Assembly: GCF_000025945.1 (NCBI RefSeq)
Contig: NC_006138.1
Coordinates: forward strand, 1,110,001 to 1,142,000
Reading direction: 5' to 3'
DNA length: 32,000 nt
Source of the DNA: Desulfotalea psychrophila LSv54
GTDB taxonomy: Bacteria; Desulfobacterota; Desulfobulbia; Desulfobulbales; Desulfocapsaceae
In this document: positions 19,835 through 29,388 of the stretch, piece by piece
How the letters are laid out: the number at the start of each line of letters is the position of its first letter
Numbering within the stretch: the first letter of the stretch is position 1
The notes under the pieces: model-generated
What the model saw: the letters and a program-made list of their open reading frames with translations, nothing else
Database searches by the model: none
What the model was told of the DNA's origin: nothing
Position numbers and translations under genes: made by a program

Positions 19835-20789
19835 GTGCGACCTTTCTTTTCTTTTTAGGGATTTTGATAGCTAAATATTTACTTGGATTTATCGTTTTCC
19901 TGTTCAGGATAACTTCATAATGAAGGTGGGGGCCTGTTGATCTGCCGGAGTTGCCCACAAGCCCAATTGTCTGGCCTCTCTGTATTTTGTCACCCTTTCT
20001 TACAAGAAACTTTTTCATATGACCGTATGCTGTTTTGTAGCCATTTTTATGGCTTATGAGCACGTAGTTGCCGTAGCCGCCGTTGTAGAAGGCCTTTTCA
20101 ACAATGCCGTCTCCTGTGGCAATGATCTTATCGCCTCTCCTGCCCCGAATGTCGACACCGGAGTGAAAGGCCGCCTTGCTGTTGAGTGGGTCGGCGCGCG
20201 GACCGTATCGAGATGTTATTTTTCCTGGAATTGGTCGGCCTAGAGGAAGTGTCCGGAGTATTTGTACATATTTTTCAGCTTGAAGGATGAGGGGGGTGTA
20301 GGCACCATCTGTGTTGGCAATATAGGGACCACCGCTGTTTTCCCTGGAGCTTTTCGGGATAATTTTATTGATCTTGATACCTATTCCACCCATAATATCT
20401 TCTATGAGCTTGCTACGTTCCTTGAGGTCGCTGATGGTTGTAGAAATAAGCTCTTCTCTTTCAGCCTTGAATGTTTCTGTCTGCTCTGCCTTCTCCTCTT
20501 TCAGGAAGGAAAGCTGTTGAGTGAGCTGTAGCTCTTTGCTTTTGCTTTTTTGGCTGACTACTGAGAGTTGCTTTTGGACCTGCCCAAGCCGGTTTTCCAG
20601 TTTACTGAGCTTATTATCCATATAGCGATTGCTTGTCCAGAGGCCAAGGGAGGAAAATGTGGCGATGCCGAATATGGAAAGGAGGATGGAGGCGCTGGCG
20701 ATGGTAATGTACAGTGTCCTTTTGGAAAGTTGGATGCGAAATATCTTGCCATTATCTTTAGCGATAATGAAATGAAATAGATCATTCAT
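19824..20789 (-). CDS. M23 family metallopeptidase with N-terminal TM and coiled coil
   Basis: KITSRYGPRADPLNSKAAFHSGVDIRGRRGDKIIATGDGIVEKAFYNGGYGNYVLISHKNGYKTAYGHMKKFLVRKGDKIQRGQTIGLVGNSGRSTGPHLHYEVI. It has the HxxxD and HLHYE motifs. Confidence 0.93.
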   Translation of the reverse strand: MNDLFHFIIAKDNGKIFRIQLSKRTLYITIASASILLSIFGIATFSSLGLWTSNRYMDNKLSKLENRLGQVQKQLSVVSQKSKSKELQLTQQLSFLKEEKAEQTETFKAEREELISTTISDLKERSKLIEDIMGGIGIKINKIIPKSSRENSGGPYIANTDGAYTPLILQAEKYVQILRTLPLGRPIPGKITSRYGPRADPLNSKAAFHSGVDIRGRRGDKIIATGDGIVEKAFYNGGYGNYVLISHKNGYKTAYGHMKKFLVRKGDKIQRGQTIGLVGNSGRSTGPHLHYEVILNRKTINPSKYLAIKIPKKKRKVAHVR

Positions 20790-21016
20790 ATGTGTTTTTT
20801 TTGAAAGGAGGGATGTGTTTTGAGGAAATAAAACACCTCGTCAGATTGTTTTGGACTTGGTAGGATGAGAAAAACTACCATTATTTTTATTGTATATAGT
20901 ATATTTATACTCGCTGTACTGTAAATTCGCAACTGTAAAAAAATTAGGGCATGCTACTTCATCTGTGCATGCTCAGGGTCTAATTACGGTTATTATTTGA
21001 TTCTGTTGGGATTCCT

Positions 21017-22855
21017 ATGTCACATTTATTGAGCTGTAAAGAACTTTCCAAGGCCTTTGGAGCAAGAAGGCTTTTTGAGAATATTGATCTTGTTATACAT
21101 CAGGGAGATCGAATTGGACTTGTGGGCCCTAATGGCTCTGGCAAGTCAACTTTGTTGAAGATACTCTGTACCAAGGAGGATGCGGATAGCGGTCAGGTGC
21201 TTTGCCAGAAAAAGGTGCGGTTGAGTTACCTTGCTCAGGAAGAGATCTTTGTTGATGGGCAGAGCATTGCAGACAATCTGTTCCATGCCCTTGATGGAGA
21301 GCCTCTGAACGATATTGAGAAGCATACCCGTGTCCATGAGTTGCTTTCCCGGGCGGAGTTTGAGGATTCAAGCCTCCTTGTCGGTGTGCTGTCTGGAGGT
21401 TGGAGAAAACGTCTCTCTATCTGTCGCTCTCTGCTGGTTGATCCGGATGTCCTTATCATGGATGAGCCCACAAACCATCTTGATATTGAAGGGATCTTGT
21501 GGCTTGAAAAACTTTTACTCAGTGGTAGAACGAATCTTGCTGCCTATCTGCTAGTGAGTCATGATCGAAGGTTTTTAGAAAATTGTACCAATAAAATCGT
21601 TGAACTTTCTGCCGCCTACCCAGAGGGCATTTTTCAAGTTGCTGGTAACTATTCCCGCTTTTTGGCCGAGCGTGCTACTTTCTTAGAGGGGCAGGCCTTG
21701 GAGGAGGAGCGCCTGGTTAATAAGCTTCGCAGGGAGGCTGAATGGCTGAGTCGAGGCCCCAAGGCGAGGAGTACCAAGGCTCGTTATCGTATCGATGAGG
21801 CCTATAAGCTCATGGATAAGGTCGGTGAGGTAAAAGCCCGTAATCGAATGCAAACGGATGTGCAAATCGACTTCGATGTGACGGGGCGTCGGACCAAGAA
21901 GCTTTTGGAGGCCTCGGGTATTGGTAAGAGCTATGATGGAAGACAGCTCTTTGAAAACCTTGATCTGGTTCTCTCGCCGGGTAGTAAACTTGGTTTGCTG
22001 GGTCGCAACGGTTGTGGCAAATCAACCCTGATGAAGTTACTTGCTGCCAGCGTGGAAGAGGGTGGCTTTGCTCCGGATACCGGCACAATCCGTACAGCAG
22101 ATAAGATTCGTATTGTCTCCTTTGATCAAAATAGAGAAAATATTAATCCGAACATCAGCCTGCGTCGGGCCCTTGCCCCGGATGGAGACTCCGTTGTCTT
22201 TCAGGATCGTCTGATTCATGTTGTCTCTTGGGCTAAGAAGTTTCTCTTTGATGTGGAGCAGTTGGAAACCCCTGTAGGACAGCTCTCGGGTGGCGAGCAG
22301 GCTAGGATTTTAATTGCCGACCTTATGCGTAAACCTGCTGATATTCTGCTTTTAGATGAGCCCACCAACGATCTTGATATTCCCTCTTTGGCTGTGCTTG
22401 AGGAGAGTCTCTTGGAGTTTAGTGGAGCCCTGGTGCTTGTGACTCATGATCGTTTTCTTCTTGATCGTATCTGTGATAGATTACTCGGTTTTGGCGCTCA
22501 GGACAGTCCTATTTATTATGCAAGCTATCAACAGTGGTTGGAAGAAATTGCCGGGTCGAGGAAAAAGGTGAAGGCCCCCGTCGCTGCCCCTGTCGCTAAC
22601 CCGGAGAAGAGCAAAAATTTTGGTGCCGGCAAGCTCTCCTATATGGATCAGCGCGAGTACGACGGTCTTGAAGAGGGGATTGCCTCTGCCGAGGCCCTGG
22701 CTGAGGAGCTTGAGGCCGAGATGGTTTTGCCGGAGGTTGTGGCCGATGCAGCCCGTTTGGGCGCGTGTTGGGAGAAGGTTGAGCAGGCGCGGGCAGAGGT
22801 AGATCGTCTCTATCTGCGTTGGGAGGTGTTGGAAGAGAAGAAGGGTGGCCAGTAA
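21017..22855 (+). CDS. uup: ABC-F family ATPase (Uup-like)
   Basis: Two ABC domains: GPNGSGKSTLLK, LSGGWRKRLSICRSLLVDPDVLIMDEPTNHLDIEGI and GRNGCGKSTLMK, LSGGEQARILIADLMRKPADILLLDEPTNDLDIPSL. No TM segments; C-terminal coiled-coil-like tail. Confidence 0.92.
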   Translation: MSHLLSCKELSKAFGARRLFENIDLVIHQGDRIGLVGPNGSGKSTLLKILCTKEDADSGQVLCQKKVRLSYLAQEEIFVDGQSIADNLFHALDGEPLNDIEKHTRVHELLSRAEFEDSSLLVGVLSGGWRKRLSICRSLLVDPDVLIMDEPTNHLDIEGILWLEKLLLSGRTNLAAYLLVSHDRRFLENCTNKIVELSAAYPEGIFQVAGNYSRFLAERATFLEGQALEEERLVNKLRREAEWLSRGPKARSTKARYRIDEAYKLMDKVGEVKARNRMQTDVQIDFDVTGRRTKKLLEASGIGKSYDGRQLFENLDLVLSPGSKLGLLGRNGCGKSTLMKLLAASVEEGGFAPDTGTIRTADKIRIVSFDQNRENINPNISLRRALAPDGDSVVFQDRLIHVVSWAKKFLFDVEQLETPVGQLSGGEQARILIADLMRKPADILLLDEPTNDLDIPSLAVLEESLLEFSGALVLVTHDRFLLDRICDRLLGFGAQDSPIYYASYQQWLEEIAGSRKKVKAPVAAPVANPEKSKNFGAGKLSYMDQREYDGLEEGIASAEALAEELEAEMVLPEVVADAARLGACWEKVEQARAEVDRLYLRWEVLEEKKGGQ

Positions 22856-22866
22856 AAGGAGAGTCT

Positions 22867-23592
22867 ATGAAAATAGCTATTATCTCTGATGTTCATGGTA
22901 ATTATGAGGCCCTCTCTGCTGTTTTAGCGGATTTGGCCGGGCGCCCCTATGATCTCCTGATAAGCCTTGGCGATAATATTGGCTATGGGCCGGAACCGGA
23001 ACAGGTTCTGGTCCGCATGCAGATGATGAATATCCTCTCTGTTGCCGGCAACCATGAGAGGGCAATGTTTGATTCTCAGGCCTACGACGGATTGAATTTT
23101 CAGGCTCAGGAAAATAACCTGCGCACGCGTGCTATGCTTTCGCCTGAAAGTCTTCTTTACTGTCAAGCTATGCCGGATTTTTGGGTTCAGGACAGGGCTT
23201 ATTTTGTCCACGGTTTTCCTCCGGATTCTTTTAGTAGGTATCTGTATGAAGTTCCGGATGAGGAGATTAGGGAGTACCTTGCCGGTACCGGGATGGATGT
23301 CTGCTTTGTCGGTCATACCCATCGTCCGGCTTTGTTGGAGGTGGAGGATGGGCAGCTCATCACCACTAAGCTTGGGGAGGGTCATTTCGTCCTCGATCCT
23401 TGTCGCTCCTATATTGTTAATGTGGGTAGTGTGGGCCAGCCCAGAGGCAAGGATAGGCGGGCGCAGTATGTGCTTTGGGATAGCCTCAGTCATGAGCTTC
23501 AGGTTATCTGCCTCTCCTATGATCCCCTGCCAACCATGAAAAAAATACGTGCCCTGGGTTTTTCAGAAAATTATGCGAGCAGGTTGCAGTAG
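22867..23592 (+). CDS. Calcineurin-like metallophosphoesterase
   Basis: From ATG 22867: MKIAIISDVHGNYEALSAV, SLGDNIGYGPEPEQV, VAGNHE, FVHGFPPD, FVGHTHRPALLE, the metallophosphoesterase motif series. Confidence 0.92.
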   Translation: MKIAIISDVHGNYEALSAVLADLAGRPYDLLISLGDNIGYGPEPEQVLVRMQMMNILSVAGNHERAMFDSQAYDGLNFQAQENNLRTRAMLSPESLLYCQAMPDFWVQDRAYFVHGFPPDSFSRYLYEVPDEEIREYLAGTGMDVCFVGHTHRPALLEVEDGQLITTKLGEGHFVLDPCRSYIVNVGSVGQPRGKDRRAQYVLWDSLSHELQVICLSYDPLPTMKKIRALGFSENYASRLQ

Positions 23593-23615
23593 GGGCTGTC
23601 CGCAGGGGAGAAGCT

Positions 23616-24926
23616 ATGAAGAGTGTCGGAGCCTATGAAATTGTAGGTCGTCTTGGTCGTGGCGGGATGTCGACGGTTTATAAGGCGAAAGCGCCCTTTA
23701 GTGGTCGTTTGGTTGCCTTGAAGATACTGCAACCTCGTAATGAGGTTTTTGTCGATTTGGTTGGCTGGGCTGCTCTCTGTCGTGCATTTTTGGCAGAGGC
23801 ACGGATCATGGCAGGCTTTGCCCATCCGCATATCGCCCAGGTTGTTGACTGTGGAGAGCATGAGGCTTGCCCCTATATTGTTCTGGAGTATTATTCCCAT
23901 TCGGTGGGAGGGGTGTTGGGCGAGGCCTACCGGATAGAGGAGAAGGCTCGGCCTTTACAGCCCGGAACAGCTCTTCGTTATCTCCAGCAAACCCTGAAGG
24001 GGCTTGTCCGTTTGCATGCTGCAGGTATTATCCACCGGGATATTAAACCCTATAACCTGATGCTGACAAGTGATAATCGGATAAAAATAATTGATTTTGG
24101 TCTTTCCCGGGTGCGGGGGGAGGAGCTTCTGGCAGTGCCTGGGATGCAGGTGGGCTCCCCTTATTATGCAGCCCCGGAGCTTCGACAGAGGGATGGGCTG
24201 GTTGATGGCCGGGCCGATCTTTATAGTTTAGCTGTTGTGGCCTATAGGATGCTGACCGGTTGCCTGCTTGGCACAGAGGCGGTTCTTCCTGCTGCCTGGC
24301 CCCGGGATTGGCGGGCGTTTATGGAGAGATCTCTCCAGCTTAATCCGAAAGATCGTTTTGCCAGTGCCGAAGAGATGCTGGTGGCCATGGAAGGCTTGGG
24401 CGAAGAGTGTCTCGTTGGCGAGGAGCTATTGCCTCAGGCAGCGGTCGGTAAAGCCCATATCCTTCGCAGTCAGCCGCAGCGTATCCTCTTTAAGGATGTT
24501 GCCCGAAAACTTGGCCTTGATAAGCTGTTGAGGCCCTTGGTCTCTGCTTCATCTGAACTGGTTGAAATTGATTCTTTTCAGGCGGTGGACAGGGGGGCAG
24601 GTCTACTCTGGCAACGTCGTGGCTCTGGCTACCCCATGACCACCTATCAGGCACATCACTATATAGAGCATCTCAATGAGGTCTGTTGGCGTGATAGGCA
24701 GGATTGGCGTCTTCCGACTCTGGCCGAGTTACTCACCCTTCTTCCCTGCAGGGGGCAGGCGACCCTTTCTGCCCCGGGCCGCCTCTTCTCCTCTGACATT
24801 CACTGGTTGTGGTCCTCTGACCTGAGTAATAAAAAGCAGGCCTGGGCCATGGACTTTATGGAGGGCTATGTGGAGAGGTTGGATAAGGACGGCGCAGCGT
24901 CGGTCTGTGCCGTATCCTCTCTGTAA
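23616..24926 (+). CDS. Ser/Thr protein kinase with C-terminal Lcl/DUF1566-like domain
   Basis: Kinase: YEIVGRLGRGGMSTVYKAKAPFSGRLVALKIL, IIHRDIKPYNLMLT, KIIDFGLSRVRG, GSPYYAAPE. C-terminus: LLWQRRGSGYPMTTYQAHHYIEHLNEVCWRDRQDWRLPTLAELLTLL...FSSDIHWLWSSDL. Confidence 0.9.
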   Translation: MKSVGAYEIVGRLGRGGMSTVYKAKAPFSGRLVALKILQPRNEVFVDLVGWAALCRAFLAEARIMAGFAHPHIAQVVDCGEHEACPYIVLEYYSHSVGGVLGEAYRIEEKARPLQPGTALRYLQQTLKGLVRLHAAGIIHRDIKPYNLMLTSDNRIKIIDFGLSRVRGEELLAVPGMQVGSPYYAAPELRQRDGLVDGRADLYSLAVVAYRMLTGCLLGTEAVLPAAWPRDWRAFMERSLQLNPKDRFASAEEMLVAMEGLGEECLVGEELLPQAAVGKAHILRSQPQRILFKDVARKLGLDKLLRPLVSASSELVEIDSFQAVDRGAGLLWQRRGSGYPMTTYQAHHYIEHLNEVCWRDRQDWRLPTLAELLTLLPCRGQATLSAPGRLFSSDIHWLWSSDLSNKKQAWAMDFMEGYVERLDKDGAASVCAVSSL

Positions 24927-24931
24927 TGTCT

Positions 24932-25945
24932 CTATAGGGCCCCTGCAAAAAGTCCTATCTGTTTGATCACATAGTCTATATCCTCACCACTGATATCGAG
25001 GTGGGTGACAAGGCGGGTGGTCTTATCCTCTGAGATCAGGATATTTTTTGTCTTAAGGAACTCTGCCAGCCGTCTGCTCTCCTGAAATTGAACAAAGACC
25101 ATATTGGTTTGGACATCTTCGCTAATTTGGCAAAAAGTGGGATACTTTTTCAATCCCTCCTGGAGTCGTTTGGCGTTGTCATGATCCAGGCTGAGTCTTT
25201 CTACATGGTTTTCCAAGGCATAGAGGCCAGCGGCGGCAAGAGACCCTGCCTGACGCATCGCTCCTCCTGTTACCTTTCTCCATCTTCTGGCCTGGTTAAT
25301 AAGGGGCACACTTCCACAGAGAAGAGAACCCACCGGTGCGCCTAAACCTTTTGAAAGGCAGATGGACGCCGAGTCAAAGAGACCGGTGATTTTCTTGATA
25401 TCGATATCAAGGGCAACGGCGGCGTTGAAGGCCCGGGCTCCGTCGAGATGCAGGGCGAGGCCCTTCTGCAGGCTGAAGTAGCGTGCTCGCTCAAGGTATT
25501 CCATGGGTAAAACCTTGCCGCCCTGGGTGTTTTCAAGGCAGAGCAGGCGGGTTCGGGCATAGTGAAAATCATCGGGTTTGATTTCTTCTTCAATCCTGTC
25601 GAGATCGAGGCTACCGTCCTTTGCAAACTCAATGGGCTGGGGTTGGATACTTCCCAGTATGGCAGCGCCACCGCCCTCGTATCTATAGGTGTGGGCATCT
25701 TGCCCCACCAGATATTCGTCGCCTCGTCCGCAGTGCGACATAAGGGCAATAAGGTTTGCTGCCGTGCCACTGGGGGTGAAGAGAGCGGCTTCGAAGCCAA
25801 AGCGTTCTGCTGCATAATCCTCCAGCATGTTGATGCTGGGGTCATCGCCATAGACATCATCGCCTACTTCGGCTCTAAACATGGCCTCTTGCATCTTAGG
25901 AGTGGGTTTTGTTACCGTGTCGCTTCTTAAGTCTATTGTCTTCAT
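24932..25945 (-). CDS. ltaE: Low-specificity L-threonine aldolase
   Basis: From ATG at 25945: MKTIDLRSDTVTKPTPKMQEAMFRAEVGDDVYGDDPSINMLEDYAAERFGFEAALFTPSGTAANLIAL, and a PLP-lysine-like context SASICLSKGLGAPVGSLLCGS. Confidence 0.94.
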   Translation of the reverse strand: MKTIDLRSDTVTKPTPKMQEAMFRAEVGDDVYGDDPSINMLEDYAAERFGFEAALFTPSGTAANLIALMSHCGRGDEYLVGQDAHTYRYEGGGAAILGSIQPQPIEFAKDGSLDLDRIEEEIKPDDFHYARTRLLCLENTQGGKVLPMEYLERARYFSLQKGLALHLDGARAFNAAVALDIDIKKITGLFDSASICLSKGLGAPVGSLLCGSVPLINQARRWRKVTGGAMRQAGSLAAAGLYALENHVERLSLDHDNAKRLQEGLKKYPTFCQISEDVQTNMVFVQFQESRRLAEFLKTKNILISEDKTTRLVTHLDISGEDIDYVIKQIGLFAGAL

Positions 25946-26187
25946 AGTTGTTCCATCGTGACTGAGAGGTTGATTTTGTATGCTCTTCACCTGCATCTTT
26001 GTCTACATTTAATAAAAAAAAATATATTTGTACATTGGCAATTTAAAAGAAAAATCTCCATTTCTATATTGACGAGTGGGAGGCGACACTATATAGAGTT
26101 GTCCTGCTAAAAATGTTCCCTGTAGCCTCTGTGGCTAGCATTGTTCTGGGAAGAAAAAATGAGTAAATAGAGAGAAGGAGTTTAAGG

Positions 26188-26802
26188 ATGGACGGTGTTC
26201 TTCAGGTGGAAAGGCATACGGCGATTGAAGATGTGGTCGCGGTGGTAACGGGAACGGCTTTTGTGGCCTTTGGTGTCTTGTTTTTGCAGGCAGCAGGGCT
26301 TGCCACGGGAGGGATTGTGGGGCTCTCTCTGGTGGTTGAGTATCTGACGGGTATTCCCTTTGGTGTGCTTTTTATTGTCCTGAATATTCCCTTTTATTTT
26401 CTTGCCTGGGTACGGCTGGGAAAGGTCTTTACCCTGTCCAGTATATTTGCCGCTACTTCGGTCTCCTTTGTTAACAAGATGCTCGGTTTAGGAGTGACGA
26501 TTAGTGTGCTCTCACCTTTGCTCAGCGGTGTTATTGCAGGATTTCTGATGGGGGTGGGCATGTTGATGCTCTTTCGGCACCGGGCAAGCCTTGGCGGCTT
26601 TAATATCTTGGCCGTATATCTGCAGGAAAAGGGTGTTATTTCTGCTGGTAAGGCCCAGATGATGCTCGATGCCTGCATTCTGCTCGTTCTTGCCCTTTTT
26701 GTCGGCGTCGATTCCCTGCTTCCCTCGGCCCTCTCCGTTGTTGTTCTTAATCTTGTCCTTGTTATGAATCATAAGAATGGTAGGTATCAGGTGCAGTACT
26801 AG
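26188..26802 (+). CDS. YitT-family membrane protein
   Basis: 204 aa, multi-TM: GTAFVAFGVLFLQAAGLATGGIVGLSLVVEYLTGIPFGVLFIVLNIPFYFLAW and RASLGGFNILAVYLQEKGVISAGKAQMMLD. RBS agaaggag. Confidence 0.75.
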   Translation: MDGVLQVERHTAIEDVVAVVTGTAFVAFGVLFLQAAGLATGGIVGLSLVVEYLTGIPFGVLFIVLNIPFYFLAWVRLGKVFTLSSIFAATSVSFVNKMLGLGVTISVLSPLLSGVIAGFLMGVGMLMLFRHRASLGGFNILAVYLQEKGVISAGKAQMMLDACILLVLALFVGVDSLLPSALSVVVLNLVLVMNHKNGRYQVQY

Positions 26803-26971
26803 GTGCTTTTTTTCTCTGCGCCTGCTGGTGGTTTTTTTTCTGTGCAGTTGTGGTTAACGAATAATTAGGCTATATTGTTGTATTCCTATAGAAATTGTTG
26901 GTTGTGCAGGTCCTGCCGATAGTGACAGGTTCTGGGCAATCTGTTTATATTTTTAATTTAAGGAGAAGACA

Positions 26972-27283
26972 ATGAATTCAAATCAAGTGAGGTGCGGAGC
27001 TGGATGTAGCGGCAAGCGAGTGAGTCTGTTTCTGTTGAGTTGTCTGTTTATGGTGTCGATGAGTTCTGTTTATGCTTTAATGCTTGCTGGGCCTGTGTCG
27101 GTATTTGTATTCTATGCCTTTCCAGCTGTCTTTCCCTCTTATGCTCAGGCCCTTTTGTCTACTAGCCTCTTCTTTAGTCTGTTGTTTCTCTTTATTACCG
27201 TTTTGAGTCGTTTGGCTCAGGCATCTTTAGAGGGTGCAAGGTATTTTCGTAGAACATTTTATTATGAATTTATATGTCAGTAG
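26972..27283 (+). CDS. Small hypothetical membrane protein (103 aa)
   Basis: RBS taaggagaagacaATG; two hydrophobic segments. Confidence 0.55.
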   Translation: MNSNQVRCGAGCSGKRVSLFLLSCLFMVSMSSVYALMLAGPVSVFVFYAFPAVFPSYAQALLSTSLFFSLLFLFITVLSRLAQASLEGARYFRRTFYYEFICQ

Positions 27284-27376
27284 GATCTTTTTTCTGGTGA
27301 GCTGGTTGCCAGTAGATTCGTGCTCTTTTGTGCTGGTAACCCCTGGTTACCAGCATTTTTTTTACAGTTTGTGATT

Positions 27377-29359
27377 ATGAAAAAAATAGATTTGACCGAG
27401 AAACAGAGAGATTTACTAGTAGATGTCCTCGATGCAGAGGCCGGTTTTGCCGAGGAAAAATTGCTTGATATTGCCAGTGGGGCAGTGAGCCCTCTTTTTC
27501 TTTCAGAGAGTGATCTCCTCTCTTTTTTGCAGGCGGCAAATGCCCTTTACCGGGCAGGATATCCTCTTCTCAGCGATGAGGCCTATGACTTTACCTTTCT
27601 TACTGAGCTACGTCGCAGGAATCCACAGCATCCCTATCTCCTGCAGGTGGAGGCGGAGCCTGTTCAGCAGGGTAAAACTGTTGAACTTCCCATGCGGATG
27701 CTCTCAACAGATAAGGCCTATGATTTGGAATCTATCAGGCGTTGGGGCCGGCGCATTGAGAAGGCCGCTCAGGAGAAGGGGATAGATTTTACCTCCTTGG
27801 TGTTTCGAGGTACGCCAAAGCTGGATGGCTTTGCCGCCTACGATGATGGCAGAAGGTTGTATACTCGTGGCGATGGTAAAAAGGGTACAGATGTGAGCCG
27901 TGCCTTTGCCAGGGGTTTGCAGGTTTCCCGCGGTGGTTCGCGGGGCTTGGGGGCGGGGGAGATTGTTGTAAATAAGGATTATTTCACCGAGCATCTTGCT
28001 CAGTTTTTTGATAATTCGAGAAACTTTCAGGCAAGCCTGATTAAGGAGAAGACCCTGGCGCTGCCCGTTGTCAAGGCCATAGAGGCGGGGGCTGCGATCT
28101 TTTTTCCTTTTTCAATGCTTCCCGATTGGCGGGGCAGTTGGCTGGAGCTCTTGCAGGAATTTGAGGAGATTGTCGAGGGTCTCTGGCAGAAGGTTCCCTA
28201 TGAGATAGATGGGGTAGTCTTTGAAATTATTGATGAAGGGTTGCGGGAGGTGATGGGGGCGACGCGTCATCATCATCGTTGGCAGATAGCCTTTAAGAAG
28301 AACACTGAGATTGCAGAGGTCACCGTCCTGCGGGTACGGCCACAGACCAGCCGTTTAGGGCGGGTGAATCCGGTGGCCGAGGTTGAACCGACCCGTCTGA
28401 GCGGGGCCTTGATTCAACGCGTTACCGCTCATCACTATGCGATGGTGCGGGATAGAGGTATTGGCCCTGGCGCCCGGATTCGTATGTCTCGGAGCGGCGA
28501 GGTTATTCCCAAGATTGAAGAGGTTGTAAAGCCTGTTGCTGCCGCTCAGTTGGACATCCCTGCCCACTGCCCAAGCTGTGGCTCTGATCTTGCCTGGGAT
28601 GGCGACTATCTTTTTTGTTTGAATAATATGTCCTGTCCGGCCCAGATAACAAATTCCATGGAACATTTTTTTAAAATCCTGGGCAATGTCGATGGTTTTG
28701 GTCCATCTTCTGTGCAGAGGCTGTACGAGGGGGGGCTTGTCGACCTGCCCGCTCTCTATGCTATGGAGTCTGCAGATTTTGAACAGGTGGGGTTTGGTCC
28801 TAAACAGGCAACTAATATGGTGGAGCAGCTTAACAGGAGCCGGGAGGAGTTGATAGAGGATTGGCGTTTTCTGGCGGCCTTTGGGGTACACCGATTGGGC
28901 ATGGGTAACTGTGAAAAGTTGCTCAGGTATGTGCGGCTGGAAGATGTTTTCAACCTGAGCGAAGAGCAAATTGTCGCTGAGATTAAGGGCTTTCAGGAAA
29001 AGACGGCCCACTCTATCTGTGCGGGGCTTGCCGGTATTAAGGATCTTTTCTTCCAGTTGTTTGCCCTTGGCTTTAAGCTTGAGCCGACTCCGCTTCTGGC
29101 AGAAGGTGGGCAGGGAGAAAAAAGCCCAATCTCCGGTAAAACCATTGTCTTTACGGGGGCGATGCTTGCCGCTAGCCGTGGTGATATGGAAAAGCAGGCC
29201 AAGGCCTTGGGGGCAACGGTGGGAAAATCTATTACGGGAAAAACCGATATGCTTGTTACGGGGCAGAGGGTGGGGGCGACCAAGATGGCCAAGGCAGAAA
29301 CGCTTGGGATAGCCATTCTCTCGGAAGAGGCTTACCGGCAGCTGGTTTCTCTAGATTAA
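27377..29359 (+). CDS. ligA: Divergent NAD-dependent DNA ligase (LigA family)
   Basis: From ATG 27377: Ia-like YPLLSDEAYD, KxDG motif (PKLDG), PYEIDGVVF, RWQIAFKK, OB region RLGRVNPVAEVEPTRLSG, Zn finger CPSCGSDLAWDGDYLFCLNNMSCPAQ, HhH region, BRCT domain ISGKTIVFTGAMLAASRGDMEKQAKALGATVG. Confidence 0.88.
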   Translation: MKKIDLTEKQRDLLVDVLDAEAGFAEEKLLDIASGAVSPLFLSESDLLSFLQAANALYRAGYPLLSDEAYDFTFLTELRRRNPQHPYLLQVEAEPVQQGKTVELPMRMLSTDKAYDLESIRRWGRRIEKAAQEKGIDFTSLVFRGTPKLDGFAAYDDGRRLYTRGDGKKGTDVSRAFARGLQVSRGGSRGLGAGEIVVNKDYFTEHLAQFFDNSRNFQASLIKEKTLALPVVKAIEAGAAIFFPFSMLPDWRGSWLELLQEFEEIVEGLWQKVPYEIDGVVFEIIDEGLREVMGATRHHHRWQIAFKKNTEIAEVTVLRVRPQTSRLGRVNPVAEVEPTRLSGALIQRVTAHHYAMVRDRGIGPGARIRMSRSGEVIPKIEEVVKPVAAAQLDIPAHCPSCGSDLAWDGDYLFCLNNMSCPAQITNSMEHFFKILGNVDGFGPSSVQRLYEGGLVDLPALYAMESADFEQVGFGPKQATNMVEQLNRSREELIEDWRFLAAFGVHRLGMGNCEKLLRYVRLEDVFNLSEEQIVAEIKGFQEKTAHSICAGLAGIKDLFFQLFALGFKLEPTPLLAEGGQGEKSPISGKTIVFTGAMLAASRGDMEKQAKALGATVGKSITGKTDMLVTGQRVGATKMAKAETLGIAILSEEAYRQLVSLD

Positions 29360-29384
29360 AGGGGCATCTGGGATGCCCCTTCTC
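29358..29384. terminator. Hairpin between convergent ligase and tautomerase genes
   Basis: AAAGGGGCATC-tgg-GATGCCCCTTCTCT, 8-bp GC-rich stem; T-run is imperfect. Confidence 0.5.
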
Positions 29385-29388
29385 TGCC

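Noticed and set aside
22924-23493. 189-aa minus-strand ORF opposite the metallophosphoesterase
   Set aside because: Antisense to a gene with a complete phosphoesterase motif series; no independent support.
28355-29011. 218-aa minus-strand ORF opposite the DNA ligase
   Set aside because: Lies entirely within the ligase coding region and has no recognisable motif or RBS; shadow ORF.
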